Positions 1-9,047 of a DNA stretch of 64,000 bases are shown in pieces. Origin of the DNA: Antedon mediterranea (lineage: Eukaryota > Animalia > Echinodermata). Where the stretch lies: contig NC_092680.1 of assembly GCF_964355755.1 (NCBI RefSeq), positions 17,059,045 to 17,123,044 of the forward strand. Direction: 5' to 3'. The stretch's first letter is position 1, and each line of letters begins with the position of its first letter. Position numbers and translations under genes: made by a program. The notes beneath the pieces are model-generated. The model made no database searches and was not told the DNA's origin. It saw nothing but the letters and a program-made list of their open reading frames with translations.

Positions 1-128
1 TTTGTACACCATAGCTTTTGGAGGCGTGCCTTTATAACTATGCCTTTTGTTTGTTAACATTTTTGATTGGTTGATTTGTTTTATTATGTAATTTTGTGAC
101 TTATATATGTTATCCTTTGTTACAATTC

Positions 129-171
129 TTTTCACCTGATGATGGGCTATGCCCGAAACATGTCGTTAAAA
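129..171 (+). ncRNA. Minimal type I hammerhead ribozyme (Penelope-like pLTR type)
   Basis: CTGATGA at 136-142, an extra T, stem II GGGC-TAT-GCCC at 144-154, GAAA at 155-158, palindromic mini stem III CATG, and a GTC cleavage triplet ending at 164. Stem I is TTTTCAC/GTTAAAA with one mismatch. AATAAA follows at 170-175. Confidence 0.8.
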
Positions 172-247
172 TAAATCTATATTGAGGCAGTTTTAACTTA
201 TTTGATCTTGATTTTTTTATATATCCTGCCTATGCAGCTCTTTGATT

Positions 248-306
248 TATATATATATATATACATATATATATACATATATATACATATACATATATAT
301 ATACAT
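248..306. repeat. (TA)n/(TATACA)n microsatellite
   Basis: Directly visible simple repeat. Confidence 0.95.
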
Positions 307-380
307 CCACTGATTGTGAGGGCGTTTGTTGTATGAGAGAATGTATCTGGTGGGTGAAAATCTGTGATAATACCATACAT

Positions 381-452
381 GGCTCTGTGGTCTAGTGGTA
401 TGATACTCGCCCTGTAAGCGAGAGGTTGCAGGTTCGAATCCAGCCAGAGACA
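381..452 (+). pseudogene. tRNA-like element: tRNA-Pro-like body with TGT (Thr) anticodon
   Basis: Cloverleaf GGCTCTG/CAGAGAC, A box TGGTCTAGTGG, anticodon stem CTCGC/GCGAG with loop CCTGTAA, B box GGTTCGAATCC, then a T6 terminator at 453-458. There are mismatches in the acceptor and T stems, and C replaces the invariant U33. Confidence 0.75.
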
Positions 453-747
453 TTTTTTCATACAACTAAAAAATATGGAACTTTCGCCAATGAGCTATGC
501 TCGACGCGATTATGAGATCATGTTCCGAATATGAGCACTGTTTCTATAATTTACAGTATGATTTATATATAATTTACACAGTGCTACGCAACATCATTGA
601 TTTACATATACAAAATATTATTTAAAAAACCGTTGCGAATTAAAGTTGGAATTTATTCTGACTTGTTAAGCCTCCACTGATTGTGAGGGCGTTTGTTGTA
701 TGAGAGAATGTATCTGGTGGGTGAAAATCTGTGATAATACCATACAT

Positions 748-819
748 GGCTCTGTGGTCTAGTGGTATGATACTCGCCCTGTAAGCGAGAGGTTGCAGGT
801 TCGAATCCAGCCAGAGACA
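748..819 (+). pseudogene. Second identical copy of the tRNA-like (Pro body/TGT anticodon) element
   Basis: Identical to 381-452. Confidence 0.75.
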
Positions 820-930
820 TTTTTTCATACAACTAAAAAATATGGAACTTTCGCCAATGAGCTATGCTCGACGCGATTATGAGATCATGTTCCGAATATG
901 AGCACTGTTTCTATAATTTACAGTATGATT

Positions 931-973
931 TATATATATACATATATATATATATATATACATATATATATAC

Positions 974-1042
<69 letters not shown>

Positions 1043-1057
1043 TATATATATATACAC
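931..1057. repeat. (TA)n/(TATACA)n microsatellite
   Basis: Directly visible simple repeat. It explains the YIYI/CICI ORFs. Confidence 0.95.
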
Positions 1058-1162
1058 ATTAGGCAATGAACATTAAATCGAAACCGCCCGGTGATATACT
1101 GAAATTTTATTAATTAATTTGAAACGATAAAGATGAGGAAATCTGTGAGAATGAGAAAAAGT

Positions 1163-1234
1163 CGCCCAAACCGAGAATCGAACTCGGACCGCCTGCTTGA
1201 TATGCAGATGTCCTAACCATTAGACCACTGAGGC
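1163..1234 (-). pseudogene. tRNA-like element with ATC anticodon (Asp-type, non-canonical)
   Basis: The minus strand reads GCCTCAG TG GTCT AATGGTT AGGAC A TCTGC ATATCAA GCAGG CGGT CCGAG TTCGATT CTCGG TTTGGGC G, then TTTTT after 2 nt. The acceptor stem is imperfect. Confidence 0.7.
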
Positions 1235-1357
1235 TTTCATGGTATTGTTATATATAACAGGTTGAAATTATCAGACCGTTGGGATAGAGTGCTCAATACC
1301 AAGGTAGAGCATAAATAAATAAAATAACAGCAGAAAACTTGGTTACTTCATTGTTTT

Positions 1358-1630
1358 TGGAACGAAAAACTAAGAAATGCAACGGAACTCAGTAAATATA
1401 TATGGACACTTAAAGACTCTAAAACAAATTACTCAATTAAATGGAAAATTATAAAGAAATGCAAACCTTACTCAAATATTAACAAAAGATGTAATTTATG
1501 TATATATGAAAAGTATGTTATTATATGTCAACCAGAGCTATGCTCACTGAACCGTAAAAACAAGTTAGTCTCTACTTGTAGACATAGGAAAAAATTCTTA
1601 CTAAATTGCAGATCCAAACAGTTTATCTAA
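1358..1630 (+). pseudogene. C-terminal fragment of a Penelope-like GIY-YIG endonuclease (no start codon)
   Basis: Uninterrupted 90-codon frame WNEKLRNATELSKYIWTLKDSKTNYSIKWKIIKKCKPYSNINKRCNLCIYEKYVIICQPELCSLNRKNKLVSTCRHRKKFLLNCRSKQFI*. The TELSxxIW, CxLCxxEK, LN and CRH pattern is recalled from PLE-type GIY-YIG domains and was not database-checked. Confidence 0.7.
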
Positions 1631-1714
1631 AACAATAGGCTATTGTATACGACTTCCTGATGACTCACTTTTATTAAGCACTATGAGACAACTGTGTCAC
1701 TTATGTTTTATATT

Positions 1715-1770
1715 TCACCTGAAGAGTGCGGCCAGCTACATGCTGGTCGTACGAAACAAATTTGTAGTGA
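1715..1770 (+). ncRNA. Type I hammerhead ribozyme
   Basis: Stem I TCAC/GTGA, CTGAAGA at 1719-1725, an 11-bp stem II GTGCGGCCAGC/GCTGGTCGTAC, GAAA at 1753-1756, palindromic stem III CAAATTTG, and a GTA triplet ending at 1766. Confidence 0.88.
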
Positions 1771-1806
1771 TTAAAACAATGAAGTAACCAAGTTTTCTGC
1801 TGTTAT

Positions 1807-3276
1807 TAGGTTATATGCATGATATGCATATAACCTCTTGATTCTGTCAAAATCTTTATTTATTTATTTATTTATTTATTCTTTCCTTAGCACTATTTTG
1901 TCCGTGCATTATCTTGGCATCAGTTTAATCTAGCTAAGTCAATTTTTCAGAGTATATTCCTTATGGCCAGGAATCGATGTGGTTATATTTTCACGATGCG
2001 TAATCAAAAATTACGCGGTCTACGCGCGATTTTACGAAATCACGTTTGTAATCATATCTTCACAAGCGTGAATCACAATTAAACAAAATTTGGTACTCAT
2101 AAATTTCAGGTCATATTTCATCATATGGCAATAAAATTACGTGCGTAGCGCATATAACGCTTGCGTACGCGCGCTTAAAATGTTCAAAATTGTCAAAATT
2201 TATTTTCGATGAAATTAGAGTACGTTTCAGGCAATTTTAAGCGTTTAAAAAATTGCCATGAGTGCGCACAATTTTGCACGCGCACTGCGCGTTAAACGTT
2301 AATGCGCACTCTTTTTGCCGGATTTCTGTTTTACAATCTTTCTTTAATAATATCCTCATATTTGGTTCAGGTTTCAACTCGAAATTGCGTTATACGGGCA
2401 CATCAAAAGTGACTGGCTACGCACGTATAAGTTAACAAAATGGTGAAAATATGCTAAATTTTAAAATTAATATATATCGTCAGAATGCAGGGGAACACCT
2501 ATTTTTTATTTCATTTTCTTGAAGTGTATGTATCATATGTATGATTTATTATCAAATTAAGAGAACAAAACTTGATTAAGTCATCATTAATTGCATATTA
2601 AATTTAAAAAAAATAATTTCGACAATCAAACAAATTATGACATTTTCTTAGGCCAAAATAACAAACTTAACATTAACTTTCTTCCTTCCAAAGTTCATAT
2701 ATTAAAGTTAAAAGTATATAGTTTGACAGTGCATCATTTGTTTACATTTTAAAGATGTCATCATAGTAAAAAATTATAATTCATTGCGGTATGTAATAAT
2801 CTATTTCCACCAAACTGGTTACTGCATAGTAAATACACGGAGGAATTTTTCTACAACTTTTAGTCAGTGGTGTATGGCTTGATGGTCTGTGCTCGTGTCT
2901 ATGGCATTCAAGGTACCGAGATCGAGTCTCACCTTGGGAAACGAAATAAGATTTTTTTTTTATTATCCGTATTGTTTGTTCAAATTTATTTCTTAGTGTA
3001 TAGATTATACACATGATTTATAATGAAATCTAGATAAAAATTAACTTATGTCTTTATTATTATGTAACAACAAATGTGGTTTATGACATTATACGCATAT
3101 GGATCTTTGATCGGATTGTGATACCGGCTATGGTGGTCGCGTCCTATCATATAATATAAATAATTAAAGATTCTGAGAAAATCAATCAATCAATATATCT
3201 TTTAAAAATTAATTATCTTTATTTAAATCAATGCATATAACCTATAATTCGTCATAGTGACGAATTAAATCTAGTT
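1807..3276 (+). mobile_element. Non-autonomous Helentron-type element (DINE-1/HINE-like)
   Basis: 5' subterminal repeat TAGGTTATATGCAT (1807-1820) with an adjacent inverted copy (1824-1836), then a (TATT)n microsatellite. The 3' end has ATGCATATAACCTA (3231-3244), hairpin AATTCGTCA-TAG-TGACGAATT (3246-3266) and CTAGTT. It is inserted in a T run with no TSD. Confidence 0.75.
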
Positions 3277-3742
3277 TTATTTATTTATATATATATATAT
3301 ATACATTATACTACATTTGACCTGCCTTGTGATACAAAATAGATAAGCTAAACCTCAATAACAAATGTTTCAAAAGACTCTTTCACTAATGACTAGAGGG
3401 TACTATGAATAGTAAATTACCGTACTATCAAAGTACCCAAATATGGTAGTGATGTGCCCAAATATGGTAGTGATGTGCCCAAATATGGTAGTGATATGAT
3501 CACATTTTATTTTCACATAAAGTTTGATAGTGTAGACAGCGCATTAGGATATCTTACTACAAATTGTTTAATACACAGCATTGCAGAATATTATATTATG
3601 GATTTATACCAAGAAAGTGTAATTTGCAGCTCCTACTTGCCATGATAATATGCTGTACTGTTTTACGGGAGAAGGTTCTGGATAGTTCTGCTATTTTTTC
3701 AGTCAATTTATGTTCTTCATCTATTTATCCTTTAGGAACTGG

Positions 3743-6540
3743 TTAAAAATCTAGAAGCTAAAATATTAATCAACAAAGGTGAAAGTTAGAAACAAATAAT
3801 GAATTGAATTTAAATTCTTTGATTATTATTATTATTATTTTATTTATATAGCGCTTTTCCAAATTAGTATAAAATGATCAAAGCGCTCAGTTAGATGGTA
3901 CGGTACATTCACAGTAAGTACTGTATACAAATTGAGCCAACATTAGGTGGAGGGACTATCCCGGGGAAAGACTGGTTCAGGGAAAAAAAATATTGGCAAG
4001 CAATTCTTTTAAAAACTATCTATAGAAAGGCCTACATCTAGATCAAATGTCATTACTGGGACTATACCCAGGGATATGCCTGTTTGTGAAATCGGACATA
4101 AAGTAGTGGGTGGGTTTAAACCTGAAGTGGGATAATAACTTGAGGATATACGGGTATGGTTGTACTCACTAACTGTGGTAAGATCTTCTCCATATGTTGT
4201 ACATCAACTACTGCTGCTCCTTCAGAACTAGCTTGTTCTGCACTTCTCCCAGCACCCTCTGTTCAAATAATCACAATAATTACTCAAAACTCAAACATTT
4301 ATTCATCATACAACAAGAGGAAATTACAGTGCGTGCACTGCACAAAAAATTGTAATAAAATGTCAAAAAATACACCAAAAATCATTCACCTTTTAAAATT
4401 AAATTGTCTTCATTTTAGAAATGAAAGAAGATGGTGGTTTGTGCGAGAGACTGTTGTCATTAAACATCCACTTCGAATTATGCATGATGGTTGGCTTTCG
4501 TCATCCAAAATGCAATTGAAACAGTTGGGACAATAACAACAATGTATATCATAAAATAATAAGAAGAACAGTAGGACAGTATACAGTAGTATTTATTATA
4601 TTATTTATTATATTTTATTATAATTTTTGATGAAATAAAATTATTATAATTTTTGATGAAATAAAATTATAATTTTTGATGAAATAAATAAAAATAAAAT
4701 AAAAAATAATCATTTAAACAACAAGGTAAAAATAAAATTTGATTATGTATGTCTTACCTTTTTCCAGTTGTATTATGTTTTTTTCAATGCGGCAATATAA
4801 GATTAAAGCTCTGTCTACACAATCAAACTTTATGTGACAAAAAAAAGTGGTCATATTACTACTATATTTGGCCATATCACACTTTTTGTCAAACTAGTTG
4901 GATAGTGTAGACAGAGCATTATAGTGTATAAATAAATGAGTTAATTTTACCTTTTGCAAATATTCTGAGAAATTCAACACATAATTTAACAGCATCATTA
5001 CTCACTATAATGAAGAAAGAAAATGTGCAATCTATTTATGAAGTAGAAGAGTATTAGATCAATTAGCCATGACTAATTAAAACAATCTTTGTGTATGTTC
5101 AGACCTACAACTTTATGGTCTTATATCATCATGGGATAAAGTGAGTTCTCATTTTAATTACAGTAGCATTGCACTGTTCATACTGGAAAACTTTTACAGC
5201 TCTGTTTCAATTAATTTGATTGGTTGGTTATTATATTTTACTTCTGTATCTTGTAACAAGAGTTTCCATATTGAACTCAATGTTCACTGGCAGTTTCAGA
5301 CCTCAGCTGAGTTGTACACTCCATATGATACAAAACCATACATTTAAAGGTCTGTGCAGTATTCAACAATCACACTTAAGTGACATATTTCCCTTAAATA
5401 TTAAGTATTTCACTTAAGTCGATAAATATTTAAGTACTTACCTTAAATTATTCACTTATATAGGAGATTTATTTAATTTTAAGGGTATGGTATGGTGAAT
5501 AGTCACAGGACTTTTCAAATGAGGTGGGTTGGGGGAGGGGTGGACATTTTTTAAATGCCTTGTGTGTTTTTTGATACATTCCATACGCAAAAAACAAGAA
5601 CGCTCATTTATAATTTCAATGGCCTTGGTTGGTGGCATTTAATGGTATAGGCCCTACTTACATTTTGTTTTTCCATCTGTAAAGTGCATTCGTAGAATTT
5701 TATCAATTGTTGACTGCAAAAAAAATATAAATTATCAGAGATATTTAGACCTCTGGTATTATGATACTGGAGATGGCTTTGGCCTAGCCTTAGCCTATTA
5801 AATAAGAATCAATTTATTACATCATTAGGCCTATATGTATGTTGGTTTCCTGAAATTGAAACAGATCAGGGTAATACTAATAATTTCCACATGATCTGAA
5901 CCAGGATAACCTAACTAGGGTAGCCTACTAGTGTAGGCAACTAGGTACTACTAGTTAGGTTCGAAACTGGCTGTGTGCCTAGTAGTATAATACTAGTAAT
6001 ACACCTATGGCGATGCCTGTCTTTACGTATTTATGTACAATTTAAGTTAAGTCGCCTCGCCTAGCTAGCTACTAGGCCCTCTTAACTTAGTCTTATGCCT
6101 TGTTAGACCTGGCCCTTTAGCAGTAGGCAGGCTTTGACCTAAAAAGTATAGTACCAGGCCTATACTACACTACTAGAGCTAGCAGGGCCTACTAACTAGC
6201 TAGGCCTAGCTAGTAGGCCCACTAGTACTAAGTAGGCCTAGCTATAGGCCTAGCTAGGCTACTTACTTAGCTACTAGGCCTAGCCTACTAGGCTAGGCCT
6301 AATAAGCTGGAAATGCTAGCCTAGCTAGCTAGGCTAGGCCTACAGGCCTAGGCCTAGCTAGGCCTACTACTACTATAGGCCTATTCTATAGGCCTATACA
6401 AATTAACAGTGCACAGCTGCTTTAAAAGGCCCAGAAAATACATCACGAAATTAGAAATATAAGACGGTACACTATATGTTACATACATATATGTTACATA
6501 CCAATTTGAACGTTGCACCCTGCTCTTCTTCGTCTGCCAT
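3743..6540 (-). CDS. CENPX: Centromere protein X (CENP-X / MHF2 / STRA13), 5 exons, 82 aa
   Basis: Exons 6502-6540, 5662-5713, 4951-5004, 4170-4258 and 3743-3757 are all GT-AG with compatible phases (0,1,1,0). The product MADEEEQGATFKLSTIDKILRMHFTDGKTKLSNDAVKLCVEFLRIFAKEGAGRSAEQASSEGAAVVDVQHMEKILPQLLLDF matches the CENP-X histone fold (HFxDxKTK...EKILPQLLLDF). Confidence 0.96.
4807..4918. mobile_element. MITE family A (TIR AGCTCTGTCTACAC.., TWA flanks; PIF/Harbinger-like)
   Basis: Terminal inverted repeats. Related full or partial copies at about 3437-3543, 46895-46953, 53311-53469 and 63755-63850, with internal CCCAAATATGGTAGTGAT repeats. Confidence 0.7.
5900..6400. repeat. Low-complexity TAGGCCTA/CTAG-rich tract in CENPX intron 1
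   Basis: Dense imperfect palindromic TAG/CTA/GGCC units. Confidence 0.8.
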
Positions 6541-6552
6541 TTTTGTTTTCTT

Positions 6553-6654
6553 TTCAAAGTTTCGCGCACTCTCTCAATGTAGTTGACTTCCGGCCTCGTG
6601 TCAAACGATGTCACTCTCCGACCTTCTACCTCATAATTGACGTTCGATGATTGG
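6553..6654 (-). promoter_or_regulatory. CENPX proximal promoter: E2F/CDE-CHR tandem, ETS site, CCAAT box
   Basis: The minus strand has GCGCG-AAAC-TTTGAA (6567-6553), CCGGAAGT (6593-6586) and CCAAT (6654-6650), all within 115 bp of the ATG. Confidence 0.6.
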
Positions 6655-6825
6655 TCAGACAGCGGAGAGTGGCTTTTTTCTTAACTAATATTCATTATGC
6701 CGAAATGATCCTCATATATCTTTATTATGGTAATAATATATATTATAAAATAAAAAAAGTATAAAATACTCTAAAATCTAACGTCAACACTACAATAACA
6801 AACAATGATGAGCAAATTATGATGA

Positions 6826-6907
6826 GTAGTCGTGGCCGAGTGGTTAAGGCGATAGACTAGAAATCTATTGGGGTCTCCCCGCGCAGGTTCGAATCCTGCC
6901 GACTACG
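6826..6907 (+). tRNA. tRNA-Ser(AGA)
   Basis: 82-nt canonical sequence GTAGTCGTGGCCGAGTGGTTAAGGCG...GACTACG, anticodon stem ATAGA/TCTAT with loop CTAGAAA, long variable arm, and a T7 terminator at 6911-6917. Confidence 0.97.
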
Positions 6908-7223
6908 AAATTTTTTTAAATCATTTTTTATGTTTATACATTAATACATTAATTGTGTTTATATTTTTCCTATGTGCAATTCATTGCATTTCTCTTTCAA
7001 AGTTTACTTCCACTAAACGGTACAAACAATGCTTTTTTGTGTCAATTTTTAACAGTTGTTTATTTTATATTTGAGCCTTTATATCATATTACGATTTGGT
7101 TTCCTGAAGATTTCTTTTTATTAGGAAAAAAAAAAGCTAGTATCATAAGTTATCTAAATGAGTTTTGGAATTTTCTATTTTATTAAAATATTAACAATTA
7201 TTATGTCATTTATGACTTTTTTT

Positions 7224-7357
7224 CACTTGCGTTGCGTTACGTCATTGTGTTGCGTCGCTAGTGGGAACCACGCTTAACTGTCTATAACTTCGCTTGTCAT
7301 TGGTTAAAACGCTTGCGTTTACGTCCTTGCGCGTTACGTTCTAGTGGGAACCAAGCT
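7224..7357. mobile_element. Rearranged/nested fragments of MITE family B
   Basis: Two CTAGTGGGAACCA(C/A)GCT termini in tandem, matching the 179-bp element at 14367-14545. Confidence 0.8.
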
Positions 7358-8068
7358 TTACCTAAGTTTGTTTTCAATCGTCGTAGTCTGGTACGATATG
7401 GGTGTACATCTATTATAGTAGGACTATAGAGGTGAACTAAGTTAGAGGTGGACATGTAATCACAAGCCGAAGGAACACATCATAAAGATTGCTTTACCAT
7501 GAAGACACGGTTCTCTGGGGAAAATACTTATTTCTATATTGAGAAAATATTATACTTATCTGATAGAAATAAATAATGGATAAGAAATAATTATTTATTT
7601 ATATGGAGAAATATACTTAATGTAAAATACATACATGATTTTAATCTTCAGATCCTCGTGATTTCGCACATGAAGGACACTCTGGTATCTTTTATATAAA
7701 AGGCTAGTGTTGCCCGAAAGCTCTGCAAATGTTTCTGGCTGTTTATTTATCGTTTTGTACCTATTATTTAGCAGGATTTTTGCCTATTTTATTTTGTATC
7801 TCCATTGAGATCCAGCCACATACCCACATCACTGTCATTTTTTCAGTATCCTTTTGATTTACATATAATTATATTTATTATTCAGCCTATTATAATACAA
7901 TAGATTTTCAACGCACACGAGACCCCACCATTAATTGTTTTTATATGATTTGACAGACAGGTTTATTCACACACAGGTGATATTACTCCTATAGGCCTTT
8001 ACAGAAACCAGTAAAATCCATTATAAAAGCTTTGATCTCCAGTGGGGAGCCTTATCCCAGTGTTAATA

Positions 8069-8089
8069 CAGGGAGTTGTAAACTCCCTG
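8069..8089. mobile_element. P-element-type excision footprint (CAGGGAGTTG family)
   Basis: GTTAATA-CAGGGAGTTGTAAACTCCCTG-GTTAATA: a 21-bp palindromic remnant between perfect 7-bp direct repeats. Confidence 0.7.
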
Positions 8090-8106
8090 GTTAATAGATA
8101 TACAGA

Positions 8107-8850
8107 ATTGAGTTCGTTGGACGTCTAACTATTGCGTTTGTTGTACACCTGACTATTGTGTTCGTCGTACTTCTGACTATTGCGTTCGTTGGACGTCTGG
8201 CTATTGCGTTCATTGTTCGTCTAACTATTACGTTCGTTGTTCGTCTTGACTATTGCGTTCGTTGTGTACGTCTGGCTAACTATATTGGGTTCGTTGACGA
8301 CGTCTGTCTGTTGCGATCGTTGTAGGCTTCGTCTGGCTATTGAGTTCGTTGTACGTCTGACTATTGCGTTCGATGTACGTCTGGCTATTGCGTTCGTTGT
8401 TCGTCTGACTAGTTCGTTCATTGTACGTCTGACTATTGCGTTCGTTGTTCGTCTGACTAGTTCGTTCATTGTACGTCTGACTAGTGCGTTCGTTGTACGT
8501 CTAAATATTGCGTTCATTGTACGACGTCTGACTATTGCGTTCGTTGTTTGTCTGGCTATTGCGGTCTTTGAACGTCCGACTATTGCGTTCGTTGTACGTC
8601 TGACTATTGCGTTCGTTGTACGTCTGGCTATTGCGTTCGTTAGACGTGTGACTATAATATTGCGTTCGTTGTACGTCTGACTATTGTGTTCGTTGTTCGT
8701 CTGGCTATTGAGTTCGTTGTAGGCCTACGTCTGGCTATTGCTTTCGTTGTACGTCTCACTATTTGCGTTCGTTGCTTGTTTGACTATTGCGTTCGTTGTA
8801 CGGCTGGCTATTGCCTTCGTTGTACGCCTGACTGTGACTATTCCATTCGT
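8107..8850. repeat. 24-bp minisatellite array 1 (CGTCTGACTATTGCGTTCGTTGTA)
   Basis: About 30 imperfect tandem units. It explains the repetitive ORFs on both strands. Confidence 0.95.
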
Positions 8851-9047
8851 ACTTTAAAAAGTCTCTGTTCTTTGCTCTTTCCTCTGATATTTGACAAACA
8901 ACAGAGGCACATTTGGCAAACATAATAGTTCAAATTGCTGGTCACTTAGCATTGAGTTTTAGCATTAAGTTATTATGATGCAATATAACTCAATTCATGT
9001 TTTTCAATCACTTTTAGAAAAGGTTACTCACTGTGTAGTTACACTGT

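Larger units (their letters stand above)
306..938 (+). repeat. Two identical ~265-bp direct repeats (306-571 and 673-938), each carrying a tRNA-like sequence
   Basis: Offset is 367 bp and the copies are identical by eye. Both end in TGATTT followed by (AT)n. Confidence 0.9.
1312..1807 (+). mobile_element. 5'-truncated Penelope-like retroelement: inverted tail + endonuclease C-terminus + 3' UTR with hammerhead + tail
   Basis: Inverted repeat 1323-1357 / 1773-1807, coding fragment 1358-1630 and hammerhead 1715-1770. Confidence 0.75.

Noticed and set aside
198-1076. ORFs 198-461, 247-465, 640-828, 864-1076 and 877-1059
   Set aside because: They are translations of tRNA antisense sequence and (TA)n microsatellite.
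1657-1698. Third hammerhead or SECIS in the PLE 3' UTR (CTGATGA-CTCA...TGAG-ACAA..GTC)
   Set aside because: GAAA is missing and there is no stem I. The pairing needed for a SECIS helix is also absent. At best this is a decayed copy.
5040-5135. Possible intronic C/D snoRNA on the minus strand (ATGATGA...CTGA)
   Set aside because: Only one CTGA close to the C box, no terminal D box or closing stem, and no recognisable rRNA complement.
4156-5638. ORFs 4156-4536 and 5456-5638, and an apparent donor at 4757
   Set aside because: They are antisense to, or intronic within, CENPX. The five-exon model is complete without them.
5736-5755. CAGAGATATTTAGACCTCTG as another P-type scar
   Set aside because: Flanks match at only 5 of 7 positions (AAATTAT/GTATTAT). 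Plausible but not counted.
6502-6540. First exon MADEEEQGATFKLV resembling the Ran GTPase N-terminus
   Set aside because: Downstream exons encode CENP-X, and no P-loop is present.
8221-8925. Repetitive ORFs (RLTIAFVV / RRTTNAIV), and a CRISPR-like appearance of the arrays
   Set aside because: A 24-bp unit is a multiple of 3, so frames stay open. The units abut with no unique spacers, and the context is eukaryotic.
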